Below the pieces are notes generated by a model. That model saw only the letters and a list, made by a program, of their open reading frames with translations. It was not told where the DNA came from and searched no databases. This document shows positions 39,937 through 51,900 of a stretch of DNA of 64,000 nt, one piece after another (the stretch's first letter is position 1; each line of letters opens with the position of its first letter). A program made the translations under genes and the position numbers. Source of the DNA: Escherichia coli (lineage in GTDB: Bacteria; Pseudomonadota; Gammaproteobacteria; Enterobacterales; Enterobacteriaceae). The DNA lies in the NCBI RefSeq assembly GCF_045037415.1, contig NZ_CP173438.1; one strand, 5' to 3'.

Positions 39937-40892
39937 TGAGTAAATCACACCCGCGCTGGCGCTTAGCAAAGAAGATCCTCACCTGGCTGTTTTTTATCGC
40001 GGTGATTGTGTTGTTGGTGGTCTACGCCAAAAAAGTGGACTGGGAAGAGGTCTGGAAGGTCATCCGAGACTACAATCGCGTTGCACTGCTCAGTGCGGTC
40101 GGGCTGGTGGTCGTCAGCTATCTGATTTACGGTTGCTACGACCTGCTCGCCCGTTTCTACTGCGGTCACAAACTGGCGAAGCGCCAGGTGATGCTGGTGT
40201 CGTTTATCTGCTACGCCTTCAACCTGACACTCAGTACCTGGGTCGGCGGCATTGGTATGCGCTATCGTTTGTACTCCCGACTGGGGTTACCGGGCAGCAC
40301 TATTACGCGGATTTTTTCGCTCAGTATTACCACCAACTGGCTAGGCTATATTTTGCTAGCGGGGGTTATCTTTACCGCAGGCGTGGTGGAGTTGCCGGAT
40401 CACTGGTATGTCGATCAAACTACGCTGCGTATTCTCGGCATTGGCTTACTGATGATTATCGCGGTTTATTTGTGGTTTTGCGCTTTCGCGAAGCACCGCC
40501 ATATGACCATCAAAGGGCAAAAGCTGGTGCTGCCTTCGTGGAAATTCGCCCTCGCCCAGATGCTGATTTCCAGCGTTAACTGGATGGTAATGGGAGCGAT
40601 TATCTGGCTGTTACTTGGTCAAAGCGTAAGCTATTTCTTTGTACTGGGCGTGTTGCTGGTTAGTAGTATTGCTGGCGTCATCGTGCATATTCCGGCGGGA
40701 ATTGGTGTGCTGGAAGCGGTGTTTATCGCGCTACTGGCTGGGGAGCATACCTCCAAAGGCACAATTATCGCCGCCCTACTTGCTTACCGTGTGCTGTATT
40801 ACTTTATCCCACTGCTGCTGGCGCTGATCTGTTACCTGTTGCTGGAAAGCCAGGCGAAGAAGCTACGGGCGAAAAATGAAGCGGCGATGTGA
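39936..40892 (+). CDS. ybhN: inner membrane protein (LPG-synthase-like TM domain)
   Basis: 318 aa multi-pass; start overlaps the clsB stop. Confidence 0.88.
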   Translation: MSKSHPRWRLAKKILTWLFFIAVIVLLVVYAKKVDWEEVWKVIRDYNRVALLSAVGLVVVSYLIYGCYDLLARFYCGHKLAKRQVMLVSFICYAFNLTLSTWVGGIGMRYRLYSRLGLPGSTITRIFSLSITTNWLGYILLAGVIFTAGVVELPDHWYVDQTTLRILGIGLLMIIAVYLWFCAFAKHRHMTIKGQKLVLPSWKFALAQMLISSVNWMVMGAIIWLLLGQSVSYFFVLGVLLVSSIAGVIVHIPAGIGVLEAVFIALLAGEHTSKGTIIAALLAYRVLYYFIPLLLALICYLLLESQAKKLRAKNEAAM

Positions 40893-40927
40893 AGTATAGT
40901 TAAGTTCTTTAGTATGTGCATTTACGG

Positions 40928-41641
40928 CTAATGAAAAAACCGCGTATGCCTTTGCCAGACAAGCGTTATAGCTATAGCAGCAAGAATCCCAAAGAAACCG
41001 ATAAAATAGTAATAGAGTGTTAATGCACCTATAAAAGCACAACGAACCGGACTCCATAATTCTTCACTATGGCTTTTTCCTGTCAGTTCAAGGAGCTTAT
41101 TTCGTCCATGCGAGATAATGCCTGACCATAAGACAATCATTAAGCAACTTATTACCCAAATGGGTCGTTCACTCATTAATGTGGCATTCACGATGATTAC
41201 CAGGGCCAACCCTGTCAACGTCATCATAATGATAAAACGATGAGAACCAGGATCAAATTTAAACAATAGACCTGCCAGCATACTGATTAAAAACATCGAT
41301 CCCGCAGTGCTGAACACGACGATAATGGCAGATACAGGCGCTAAACTCGCAACGACAATCGCCACCAAAGAGATTAAAAACAAATATATTACGCCCGCGA
41401 TGGCGGTATTTATCTTGTTGATATCTTTACTTAAGCCATACATAGAAAGTAATAATAATCCTATAGCAACATACATTTGCGGTGAATCATATTTTGTTGC
41501 CGTAATTTCGAGATACTTAGCGCCCCAGGCCAGCCCTGCGGTTGCCACCAAACCCAAAGCGGTAATGAGCCATATGCCGTTTAATATCCTGGCTTCGTGC
41601 TGAAAATCTAATTTATTGCTATTTTGCGAGTATGATTCCAT
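40928..41641 (-). CDS. ybhM: inner membrane protein YbhM (7 predicted TM helices)
   Basis: 237 aa from MESYSQNSNK...; highly hydrophobic; visibly AT-rich relative to neighbours. Confidence 0.85.
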   Translation of the reverse strand: MESYSQNSNKLDFQHEARILNGIWLITALGLVATAGLAWGAKYLEITATKYDSPQMYVAIGLLLLSMYGLSKDINKINTAIAGVIYLFLISLVAIVVASLAPVSAIIVVFSTAGSMFLISMLAGLLFKFDPGSHRFIIMMTLTGLALVIIVNATLMSERPIWVISCLMIVLWSGIISHGRNKLLELTGKSHSEELWSPVRCAFIGALTLYYYFIGFFGILAAIAITLVWQRHTRFFH

Positions 41642-41798
41642 TCTTTTAGTTGTCCTTAGAAAAAACATTAATATTCACCATCAATAAATTTAAAACCACG
41701 CATACAAAATACTTTTGCATTTATGGATACAGAAAACGCTTCCGCTCGTCCATAAGGCATATTTTATACCTGGTACTTGTTAAGTGTCGTTTTTAATA

Positions 41799-41828
41799 AG
41801 AAAAAAAATCCCGACACATGGCCGGGAT
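41799..41828 (-). terminator. rho-independent terminator after ybhL
   Basis: minus-strand hairpin atcccggccatgtgtcgggat followed by uuuuuuuu. Confidence 0.85.
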
Positions 41829-41846
41829 ATTGATGATGAAAAAGAA

Positions 41847-42551
41847 TTAACGGCGGTTGCCGAAGATCCGCAGCAACATCAGGAACAGGTTGATGAAGTC
41901 CAGATACAAGGTTAACGCGCCAAGAATGGAATATTTGCGCAGGTTCGACGTGTCGCGAGTATCAATCTGCTCACCCATATTTTTCAGTTTCTGGGTGTCA
42001 TACGCCGTCAATCCGACAAAGACAATCACGCCGATGTAGGTGACTGCCCACATCAATGCTTCGCTTTTCAGCCAGAAGTTAACCAGCGATGCCAGCACAA
42101 TGCCGATTAACGCCATAAACAGCATATTGCCAAAGCCGCTTAGATCGCGCTTCGTGGTGTAACCGTACAGGCTCATTGCGCCGAACATCCCGGCAGTAAC
42201 GACGAAAGTACTGGCGATAGAAGCAGCGGTATAGACAATGAAAATACTGGAAAGCGTAAGACCCGTCAGCGCCGAATAAAGCATAAAGAGCATCGTCGTT
42301 ACACCTGCGCTCAGCTTTTGAATCATCGCTGATAACACAATAACCAATGCTAATTGCGCGATGATCAGACCGATTAAAAAGACACGGTTAGTAAACAACA
42401 GCTCCATCACGGCCGCGGAATTAGCCGCATACCAGGCAACAAATGCTGTCAGCAACAAGCCAACGGTCATCCAGCCATAGACTTGCGCCATATAAGTTTG
42501 CAAGCCAGCCCGGGGTTGTACGATTGAATCAGAACGTGGGAATCTGTCCAT
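41847..42551 (-). CDS. ybhL: Bax inhibitor-1/YccA-family inner membrane protein
   Basis: 234 aa; 7-TM BI-1 family. Confidence 0.88.
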   Translation of the reverse strand: MDRFPRSDSIVQPRAGLQTYMAQVYGWMTVGLLLTAFVAWYAANSAAVMELLFTNRVFLIGLIIAQLALVIVLSAMIQKLSAGVTTMLFMLYSALTGLTLSSIFIVYTAASIASTFVVTAGMFGAMSLYGYTTKRDLSGFGNMLFMALIGIVLASLVNFWLKSEALMWAVTYIGVIVFVGLTAYDTQKLKNMGEQIDTRDTSNLRKYSILGALTLYLDFINLFLMLLRIFGNRR

Positions 42552-42687
42552 GACTTTCTCCTGAAGATATAAGGAATATCTTAAGGATACTGCAAAATGA
42601 TGAGGCTGTGCATCGACGCAGCGTAAACGGATGTACTGAGCGGTGAAATTGCCGGACGCAGCGGTGCCTTATCCGGCTAACAATAAA

Positions 42688-43140
42688 CTACCAGCGTTTT
42701 GCCGCCTGCTGATCGCTCTCCCGAGCTTCGACCCAGCGGTCGCCTTCCGGCGTGGCTTCGCGCTTCCAGAACGGTGCGCGGGTTTTGAGATAATCCATAA
42801 TAAACTGCCCGGCTTCAAACGCACTGCTGCGATGCGCACTGGTAACACCGACAAAAACAATTTCATCGCCCGGCCATAATTCACCAATGCGGTGAATTAC
42901 CGTGACGCGCCCCAGCGGCCAGCGGTTACGCGCTTCATCAACGATTTCTGCCAGTGCTTTTTCTGTCATTCCCGGATAGTGTTCGAGGGTTAATGCTTTG
43001 ACGCTGTCGCCCAGGTTATGGTTGCGCACCTTACCGGTAAAGGTGACTACCGCACCGTCTTCGTCACGCTCAGCCAGCCACGGGTACTCTTCTCCTACGC
43101 TGAACGGCTGCGGGCCGACAACAATTTTGGTTTCTGCCAT
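42688..43140 (-). CDS. moaE: molybdopterin synthase catalytic subunit
   Basis: 150 aa; operon position. Confidence 0.93.
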   Translation of the reverse strand: MAETKIVVGPQPFSVGEEYPWLAERDEDGAVVTFTGKVRNHNLGDSVKALTLEHYPGMTEKALAEIVDEARNRWPLGRVTVIHRIGELWPGDEIVFVGVTSAHRSSAFEAGQFIMDYLKTRAPFWKREATPEGDRWVEARESDQQAAKRW

Positions 43141-43141
43141 C

Positions 43142-43387
43142 TTAACCTCCGGTTACCGGCGGGAAGAAAGCCACTTCGTCGCCGTCAGTCAGCGAATGGT
43201 CAAAACTCACCAGCGTCTGGTTGACAGCAGCCAGCAATTTGCCATCTTCCAGCGCCAGAGCCCAGCGATCGCTCTGCGCAGCCAGATGCTGGCGTAACGC
43301 TTCAACGGTTGGGAAATCCGCAGCCACTTCGGTTGCATCAGTTCCCACCAACTCGCGCACCTGGGCGAAAAAAAGAACGTTAATCAT
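43142..43387 (-). CDS. moaD: molybdopterin synthase sulfur-carrier subunit
   Basis: 81 aa from [13 protein letters not shown]...; C-terminal Gly-Gly. Confidence 0.9.
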
Positions 43388-43865
43388 CCGCTTCCACCTT
43401 AAAGTCACCCGACTTGCCGCCGCTCTTTGCCAGCAAACGTACCGGACCAATCACCATATCTTTTTGCACCGCTTTGCACATGTCATAAATGGTCAGCGCC
43501 GCCACGGAGGCCGCGGTTAACGCTTCCATTTCGACACCGGTTTTCCCGGTCAGGCGGCATAAGGTTTCTATACGTACCCGATTGTGCTCCGGCTCGGCCT
43601 GTAAATTGACTTCAACTTTGCTGAGCATCAGCGGGTGACACAGCGGGATCAGATCCCAGGTGCGTTTTGCCGCCTGAATACCGGCGATACGCGCAGTGGC
43701 AAATACGTCGCCTTTGTGGTGGCGACCATCAATAATCATCGCCAGCGTCTCGCTGCGCATGGTGACAAAGGCTTCGGCGCGCGCTTCACGCACGGTTTCC
43801 GCTTTGGCGGAGACATCGACCATGTGCGCTTCGCCAGCGGCGTTGATATGGGTCAGTTGCGACAT
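43380..43865 (-). CDS. moaC: cyclic pyranopterin monophosphate synthase
   Basis: 161 aa; operon position. Confidence 0.93.
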
Positions 43866-43867
43866 AC

Positions 43868-44380
43868 TTATTTCTTCAAATGTGGATGGAAATTACACGG
43901 ACGCGTACGGGCATCCAGCTGCGGCGCAATGATATTTTCCCATGCGGTACGGCACGCTTTGGTCGAACCCGGCATGGCGAAAATCAGCGTTTTGTTAGCG
44001 ACGCCCGCTACCGCACGAGATTGCAACGTGGAAGTGCCAATCTCTTCGAACGACAACATCCGGAACACTTCACCAAAACCTTCAACTTCACGGTCGAACA
44101 ACGGCAGCAGCGCTTCGGGAGCCTGATCTCCTTCCGTCAGGCCAGTACCACCCGTAATCAACACCACTTGTACATCGTCGCTGGCGATCCACGCAGAGAC
44201 CTGAGCGCGAATAGCGTAGCGGTTTTCTTTCACAATGGCTTTATCGACAACGTGATGGCCCGCTTCTTGCGCCGAGTCGCGAAGATAGTGACCGGAGGTA
44301 TCGTCTTCTTCACCGCGACGATTAGAAACCGTAAGAATAGCAATACGGGTCGGGATAAATTCAGTGCTTACCTGACTCAT
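43868..44380 (-). CDS. moaB: MoaB (MogA-like molybdopterin-binding protein)
   Basis: 170 aa; operon position. Confidence 0.93.
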
Positions 44381-44401
44381 CTGATCTCTCCTTTTGACGT
44401 T

Positions 44402-45391
44402 TTAGCCACCAATGTACGATAAGTTTTGCGTAATACCGGTGTTATTTTGATGCAGGAAATGGGTCTGTTTTTTCTCCCGCAGCGCCGCTGAAATACGCGC
44501 TTCCAGCGCCTGTTGCTGGGTATCGTTTTCCAGCAGATCGCGCAGGTTAACGCCGCCTTCACCAAACAGGCAGAGATGGAGTTTACCAATGGAGGAAACG
44601 CGCAGGCGGTTGCAAGTGGCGCAGAAATCTTTTTCATACGGCATGATAAGGCCAATCTCTCCGGCGTAATCCGGATGACAAAAGACTTGCGCGGGACCGT
44701 CGCTGCGTTGACGTAATTGGTGGATCCAGCCGCGACGCAGTAACTCGTCACGCAGAACCTGACCAGAGATGTGATGCTTACGGAAGAGCTCGCTGCCCTC
44801 GCCCGTTTCCATCAGTTCGATGAAACGCAGCTGGATGGGACGATGCTGGATCCAGTTCAGAAAGGTGTCGAGCTGGTGATGATTCACATCACGCATCAGC
44901 ACGGTATTGACTTTGACCTTCTCAAAACCGGCCTCAAATGCAGCATCGATTCCTGCCATGACCTGATTGAATTTATCCTGCCCGGTAATGGCATGAAACT
45001 GGCGAGCGTCAAGGCTATCAACGCTGACGTTGATGCCAGTAAGTCCAGCATCGCGCCAGTTCGCCACATCGCGCTCCAGACGGTAACCATTGGTGGTGAC
45101 CGCTATCTGGCGAATAGCGTCGTTTTCTCGCACAGCGGCGATGATATCGGTAAAGTCGCGGCGTAAAGATGGCTCACCACCTGTCAGACGGACTTTTTCG
45201 GTGCCCAGACTGGCGAAGGCGCGCGTAACCCGGCGAATTTCATCGACGGTCAGGAAGCCTTTATTGGTGACGCCGCTCGGCTTGTAACCATCCGGCAGGC
45301 AGTAGGTGCAACGAAAGTTACACACATCAGTAATCGACAGGCGCAAGTAGTAAAACTTACGCGCAAATGCATCAGTCAGTTGTGAAGCCAT
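44402..45391 (-). CDS. moaA: GTP 3',8-cyclase (radical SAM)
   Basis: 329 aa from [31 protein letters not shown]; radical-SAM CxxxCxxC. Confidence 0.93.
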   Translation of the reverse strand: MASQLTDAFARKFYYLRLSITDVCNFRCTYCLPDGYKPSGVTNKGFLTVDEIRRVTRAFASLGTEKVRLTGGEPSLRRDFTDIIAAVRENDAIRQIAVTTNGYRLERDVANWRDAGLTGINVSVDSLDARQFHAITGQDKFNQVMAGIDAAFEAGFEKVKVNTVLMRDVNHHQLDTFLNWIQHRPIQLRFIELMETGEGSELFRKHHISGQVLRDELLRRGWIHQLRQRSDGPAQVFCHPDYAGEIGLIMPYEKDFCATCNRLRVSSIGKLHLCLFGEGGVNLRDLLENDTQQQALEARISAALREKKQTHFLHQNNTGITQNLSYIGG

Positions 45392-45530
45392 GTACACCTT
45401 TCCAGATACGGGAGGCGAAGTCATTTCTTCCTTCGCCCTGGTGGCAATCTTTACGAGCATTGTCACGGCCAAAGCACCGTATCAGTTGACCCAGGTGCAG
45501 AGGCTAGAGTGTTTAGTGGTTAAGCCGATA
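45392..45530 (-). ncRNA. Moco riboswitch region in the moaA 5' leader
   Basis: structured leader directly upstream of moaA with hairpin ggcgaaggaagaaatgacttcgcc and RBS ggaaagg; assignment by position and recalled knowledge, not a covariance-model fit. Confidence 0.5.
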
Positions 45531-45566
45531 CTAGCGTGTAAATGAGATTTTTACCATCCACACTTT

Positions 45567-45590
45567 CGCTATGTAATCATGTATATAGCG
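45567..45590. promoter_or_regulatory. ModE-like palindromic operator upstream of moaA
   Basis: CGCTATGTA-atcatg-TATATAGCG inverted repeat containing TAYAT-type half sites. Confidence 0.4.
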
Positions 45591-45727
45591 TCATGATCGT
45601 GCTATTTCGCTACAGAATAAGGGAAAATGGCGGTTTTACTTTGATATACATCATCAGGGAGGCATAGCGTGCATCGTCCTTTAGAGGTAGAAGAAAATAG
45701 TTTGTATCCTCAATATTGGCAGGTTAA

Positions 45728-46696
<969 letters not shown>

Positions 46697-46697
46697 C

Positions 46698-46726
46698 ACG
46701 AAGCCGGAAGAATATTCCGGCTTCGT
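46698..46726. terminator. bidirectional terminator hairpin between ybhK and uvrB
   Basis: acgaagccggaagaatattccggcttcgt. Confidence 0.7.
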
Positions 46727-46733
46727 CATCTTG

Positions 46734-48755
46734 TCACGACGCGGCAATAAACAGCTCACGCAACTGATGCAACTGGTCACGAATTTGCGCCGCTTCTTCG
46801 AACTCCAGATTCTGCGCGTGTTGCATCATCAACCCTTCCAGTTCATGGATCTTCTGCTGTAACGCTTTAGGCGACATATCCATCGGCACATTATCCGGCT
46901 CAACAATCGGGCGCGATTTTCCTCTGCCCTTCGCTTTGGTTTTGGCAATGTTCTGCCCCAGCGCCAGGATATCGACCACTTTCTTGTTCAAGCCTTGCGG
47001 CGTAATGCCGTGTTCCTCGTTGTACTTCTGCTGTTTCTCGCGGCGACGTTCGGTTTCGCCAATCGCTTTCGCCATTGATGGGGTGATCTTATCGCCGTAG
47101 AGAATCGCTTTACCGTTAACGTTACGTGCCGCACGACCAATGGTCTGGATCAACGAACGTTCGGAACGCAGGAAGCCTTCTTTGTCAGCGTCGAGGATCG
47201 CCACCAGCGAAACCTCCGGCATATCCAGACCTTCGCGCAGTAAGTTGATCCCTACCAATACGTCGAACTCACCCAGACGCAAGTCGCGGATAATCTCCAT
47301 ACGTTCGACGGTATCGATATCTGAGTGAAGATAACGCACGCGCTCACCGTGTTCTTCGAGATATTCAGTGAGATCTTCCGCCATCCGCTTGGTCAGAGTT
47401 GTAACCAGTACGCGTTCGTTAATTGCCGCTCGCTGACGAATCTCCGATAGAAGATCATCCACCTGTGTCGCTACCGGACGCACTTCAATAATCGGGTCGA
47501 GTAAGCCTGTTGGACGCACAACCTGATCCACCACATCGCCACCGGATTTTTCCAGCTCGTAATTACCCGGCGTCGCCGAAACATAGATGGTTTGCGGCGC
47601 TAATGCTTCGAACTCTTCAAATTTCAGCGGGCGGTTATCCAGCGCTGATGGCAAGCGGAAGCCGTACTCCACCAGTGTCTCTTTACGCGCCCGGTCACCG
47701 CGATACATGCCGCCAATTTGTGGAATGGTGACGTGAGATTCATCGACCACCAGCAGCCCATCAGCAGGCAGGTAATCAAACAGCGTCGGCGGTGGCTCAC
47801 CCGGTCCACGACCGGAGAGGAAGCGCGAGTAGTTCTCAATCCCCGAACAGTAGCCTAGCTCGTTCATCATCTCCAGATCAAACTGGGTACGCTGGGTCAG
47901 CCGCTGCTCTTCCAGCAGTTTGTTGTTTTCCAATAGCACTTTACGTCTGGCGGCCAGCTCTTCTTTGATCTCCTCCATCGCCTGGACGATGCGCTCGCGT
48001 GGCGTGACGTAGTGCGTTTTCGGGTAGATGGTAAAACGTGGAATAGTGGAAACAATCTGCCCGGTCAGCGGGTCAAATAACGACAATCGTTCCACCTCCT
48101 CGTCAAACAGCTCCACGCGAAGTGCAATGTCATCCGATTCTGCCGGGAAGATATCAATCACCTCGCCACGAACACGGAAAGTACCACGCTGGAATGCTTG
48201 ATCATTACGGGCATATTGCAGCTCCGCCAGTCGGCGCAGGATCGCGCGCTGATCGATAATCATACCGACCGTGAGATGGAGCATCATCTTGAGATATAAA
48301 TCAGGATCGCCCAGACCATAAATCGCGGAAACAGACGCCACCACAACCACATCACGTCGCTCCAGCATCGCTTTGGTGGCGGATAAACGCATCTGTTCGA
48401 TATGTTCGTTTACCGAGGCATCTTTCTCAATAAAGGTGTCGGAACTCGGTACATAGGCCTCCGGCTGATAGTAGTCGTAGTAGGAGACGAAATATTCCAC
48501 CGCGTTTTCTGGGAAGAATTCTTTCATTTCGCCATACAGCTGGGCCGCCAGCGTTTTGTTGGGCGCAAGTACCATGGTTGGGCGCTGAAGGTCAGCAATG
48601 ACATTGGCAATGGTGAAGGTTTTCCCGGAGCCAGTCACGCCAAGTAACGTCTGGTGCGCCAGGCCATCTTCCAGCCCCTCTTCGAGACGTCGAATCGCCT
48701 CCGGCTGATCGCCAGAAGGTTTAAAAGCGGAATTCAGTTTGAACGGTTTACTCAT
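46734..48755 (-). CDS. uvrB: excinuclease ABC subunit B
   Basis: 673 aa; Walker [10 protein letters not shown]; helicase motifs; C-terminal UVR domain. Confidence 0.96.
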
Positions 48756-48831
48756 GAGTCGCTACCTGAAGGAGTTGGGCGGGCAGGTATGTAATTTTAC
48801 TCGTCGTACTTAATTATGCCAACAAATTATA

Positions 48832-48847
48832 CTGGATAAAAAAACAG
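48832..48847. promoter_or_regulatory. LexA (SOS) box of uvrB
   Basis: CTGGATAAAAAAACAG fits CTG-N10-CAG; about 77 nt upstream of the uvrB ATG. Confidence 0.8.
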
Positions 48848-49151
48848 TTCATCACCATAATATTTCTGTTACAGCGTAAACTCCGCTGTCAATCATGAAC
48901 AAGATTTACTCTGCGGCGAGATAAAACTCCGGCCTTACCGGGTTATCCCCAAAGCAACGGCTTTTTTAACATTTGTCAAGATGATTGATGACAGTTTTAT
49001 GGCAAGAGATGCCTGTTCAGTGACTGCCATTGCAATTATCTAACCTGTTAAAAAATAAAAGATATTTCTTTGAGCTGTCTTTAACGCCAATTCGCGTGCA
49101 AGCCGCGTATTCTCTCGCTTGCCTCGTGTTTTCTAACTCTAATACACATGG

Positions 49152-49174
49152 TTATCCACAGGAATAGTGGATAA
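49152..49174. promoter_or_regulatory. pair of inverted DnaA boxes upstream of uvrB
   Basis: TTATCCACA and the reverse complement of TTATCCACT, 4 nt apart. Confidence 0.65.
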
Positions 49175-49233
49175 CTGTCTGCAGCCCCTATCCCCCGCCG
49201 CCTGGGCAATTCCCACATTCACCGCATGATGCG

Positions 49234-49325
49234 GAGGTAAAATTTTTTTCGTGATTTTTTTAGAATTTAATTGGTTAAATTGCAGTCAATCGGAGACACG
49301 ATCTCGCTCGCAATTTAACCAATTA
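49234..49325 (-). terminator. bio operon terminator (after bioD)
   Basis: 16-17 bp inverted repeat ttaattggttaaattgc / gcaatttaaccaatta followed on the minus strand by U-rich tract. Confidence 0.7.
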
Positions 49326-49333
49326 CAGGATGA

Positions 49334-50011
49334 CTACATTAAGGCAAGATTGATGTACTTTCCGGTTGCCGCATTTTCTGGATTTTCTGCAAGCCAGGGA
49401 ATTTCGCCCAGCAGCGGCGCGGGAATCATGCGGGTGAGCGTGGTCATATATTCAGCGTGACGTTTTCCCGGAGGCGTGACATCGTTCGCCACCCACCCCG
49501 CCAGAGTCAGTCCGGCGTGTAGTATTGCCTGCGCAGTCAACATCGCGTGATTAATACAGCCGAGTTTCACGCCCACAACCAGTATCACTGGCAGTTGTTC
49601 CTGTGTTACCCAATCCGCAAAAGTGAAAGTGTCAGAAAGCGGCGTAAACCAGCCGCCAGCACCTTCCACTAACACCCAGTCAGCCTGTTGTTCAAGCGCG
49701 CGTAATCCGGCGCTCATTACCAATGCTTCTATCGGCCTGCCCTCTTGCGCGCTGATGATATGCGGCGAGGTGGGTTCTGCGAAGGTGTAAGGATTTACCG
49801 TTGCGTAATCCAGCTGCAGGCTACTGTTGCGCTGTAACGCCAGCGCGTCACTATTACGTAAGCCTTTCGGGGTCTTTTCGCTGCCAGAGGCCACCGGTTT
49901 GTAACCTGCCGTCCGGTAGCCTGCTGCCTTTGCGGCTTGTAAAAGCGCGCAGCTGGCGACAGTTTTCCCCACTTCGGTATCCGTTCCGGTGACAAAATAA
50001 CATTTACTCAC
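49334..50011 (-). CDS. bioD: dethiobiotin synthetase
   Basis: 225 aa from a GTG start ([17 protein letters not shown]...); P-loop GTDTEVGKT; overlaps the bioC stop. Confidence 0.9.
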   Translation of the reverse strand: MSKCYFVTGTDTEVGKTVASCALLQAAKAAGYRTAGYKPVASGSEKTPKGLRNSDALALQRNSSLQLDYATVNPYTFAEPTSPHIISAQEGRPIEALVMSAGLRALEQQADWVLVEGAGGWFTPLSDTFTFADWVTQEQLPVILVVGVKLGCINHAMLTAQAILHAGLTLAGWVANDVTPPGKRHAEYMTTLTRMIPAPLLGEIPWLAENPENAATGKYINLALM

Positions 50012-50759
50012 GAGCAATCACTCCCAAAAAAAGATGATACGTCAGAGGATATCGCCCCTGTTGTTGCGGCCAGGCCAGTTGCAATCGCTGCAACTGCGAA
50101 CGCGTTAATATTCGCGGGTCACGCCCTTCATGAAGATGCGTGGCACCGATGCCTTTCAGCGAACGCATGGCACTGAGCGCATCATCAAACCACAGCGTGA
50201 TGGGCTGAATATAATGTTGATAATGCACGGCGTTTAGCGACTGTTCGATTTCATCTGGCGGTAAAAAGCGATTAGCATGCGGACGCTCGTCCACCGCCTG
50301 CCACGCCTGATGCAGTTCGGGTAACGATCCCTGCACCAGCGTGGTAAACGCGACCACGCCTCCGGGGCGCACCACCCGATACAGCTCGCGGAGTGCCGTG
50401 GATAAATTACCGCACCACTGCACCGCGAGATTGCTCCATGCAAGATCGAACGTCGCAGTCGCTAACGGCAGGGATTCGATATCTCCCGCCAGATAATGGT
50501 CTGCGGCATCCTTCTGGCGTGCCTGAACAAGCATTGGCGGAGAGAGATCTAACGCAGTCACCTGCGCGTGACGCTCTCGCCAGCGGCGGCTCATCCAGCC
50601 TGGTCCACAACCCGCATCCAGTACGCGGGTGTATTTACGCTGTGGGAGCATTGCCAGTAAGGCGTCAGCACTCTGGCGCTGTAGATCGGCGTGTTGCTCA
50701 TAGTGTGCGGCTGCCCGTCCAAATGCCGCAGCAATGGCTTGTTTATTAACCGTTGCCAT
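50004..50759 (-). CDS. bioC: malonyl-ACP O-methyltransferase
   Basis: 251 aa from [13 protein letters not shown]...; SAM-binding VLDAGCGPG. Confidence 0.92.
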   Translation of the reverse strand: MATVNKQAIAAAFGRAAAHYEQHADLQRQSADALLAMLPQRKYTRVLDAGCGPGWMSRRWRERHAQVTALDLSPPMLVQARQKDAADHYLAGDIESLPLATATFDLAWSNLAVQWCGNLSTALRELYRVVRPGGVVAFTTLVQGSLPELHQAWQAVDERPHANRFLPPDEIEQSLNAVHYQHYIQPITLWFDDALSAMRSLKGIGATHLHEGRDPRILTRSQLQRLQLAWPQQQGRYPLTYHLFLGVIARE

Positions 50760-51900
50760 GCAGCACCTCCAGCAGACGGTCGATATCCTGCATTTCATGC
50801 GCTGCGGTTAGCGTTAAGCGCAGTCGCGCAGTACCAGCGGGTACGGTTGGCGGGCGAATTGCCGTGACCCAACAGCCTTGCTGGCGCAGTTTTTCTGCCA
50901 GTTGTAACGCACGGCTGTTATCACCGACGATCAATGGCTGGATGGCGCTCCATGAATCAGCAAGCGTAAACGGCAAATCCTGCACTCCGGCACGAAAACG
51001 CGTTATGAGTGCCGCCAGTTTTTCGCGCCGTGCATCCCCCTCATCACTGCGAATGACTGCCAGCGACGCACGTAATGCCTGCGCCTGAGCGGGCGGCATA
51101 CTGGTGCTGTAGATAAGATGGCGAGCGAATTGCAGCAGATAATCCGCCACCGTATTGGAGCAAAGCACCGCTGCCCCGCTGACGCCAAATCCTTTGCCAA
51201 ACGTCACCACCAGCAATTCTGGTTTTACCTTTTGCAGCCAGCAGCTGCCACGCCCCTGCTCCCCGATAACGCCCGTGCCGTGGGCGTCATCGACCATCAA
51301 CCAGCCATCGTGCTGTTGCGTTACCTGCTGGATTTCCTCCAGTGGCGCACTATCGCCGTCCATGCTGAACACGCCTTCTGTCACTACCAGTTGCTGCCCC
51401 GGACAGGGGGAAGCAAGCAGTCGCGCCAGATGAGTGACATCGTTATGAGCAAAACGGCGAAGCGGCGACGGGCTTAAACTTGCAGCCTCCAGCAATGAGG
51501 CATGGCTAAGCCGGTCGGCAACAATACGGTCCTCTTTCGCCATCATCGCGGCAATGACTGCCTGATTAGCAGCAAAACCAGAGATAAACAGCAGTGCCCG
51601 CGAATAGCCCAGCCACTCGGCCAGTTCTTCTTCCAGCGCCTGATGCGCCACGCTATAACCGCTGACGTGACCGGAGCCGCCGCTACCGATGCCAAATTGC
51701 TCCGCACCCTGCTTCCAGGCACGGATAATTTGCGGATGATGGCTTAAACCTAAATAATCGTTACTGGAAAAGTTCAGATACTGGCGATCATCCACCACCA
51801 GCCAGCGTCCGGCTCCTTGCGCCACCGGATAACGGCGACGCAGGGCATCGGCAGCACGCCGCGCATCGAGCGCCGCGTTGATTTTCTCCTGCCAGCTCAT
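50746..51900 (-). CDS. bioF: 8-amino-7-oxononanoate synthase
   Basis: 384 aa; PLP-dependent class-II aminotransferase fold; operon position. Confidence 0.94.
   Translation of the reverse strand: MSWQEKINAALDARRAADALRRRYPVAQGAGRWLVVDDRQYLNFSSNDYLGLSHHPQIIRAWKQGAEQFGIGSGGSGHVSGYSVAHQALEEELAEWLGYSRALLFISGFAANQAVIAAMMAKEDRIVADRLSHASLLEAASLSPSPLRRFAHNDVTHLARLLASPCPGQQLVVTEGVFSMDGDSAPLEEIQQVTQQHDGWLMVDDAHGTGVIGEQGRGSCWLQKVKPELLVVTFGKGFGVSGAAVLCSNTVADYLLQFARHLIYSTSMPPAQAQALRASLAVIRSDEGDARREKLAALITRFRAGVQDLPFTLADSWSAIQPLIVGDNSRALQLAEKLRQQGCWVTAIRPPTVPAGTARLRLTLTAAHEMQDIDRLLEVLHGNG

Noticed and set aside
49251-49460. 69-aa plus-strand ORF at the bio terminator / bioD 3' end
   Set aside because: It starts inside the terminator inverted repeat and overlaps bioD antisense; no RBS.
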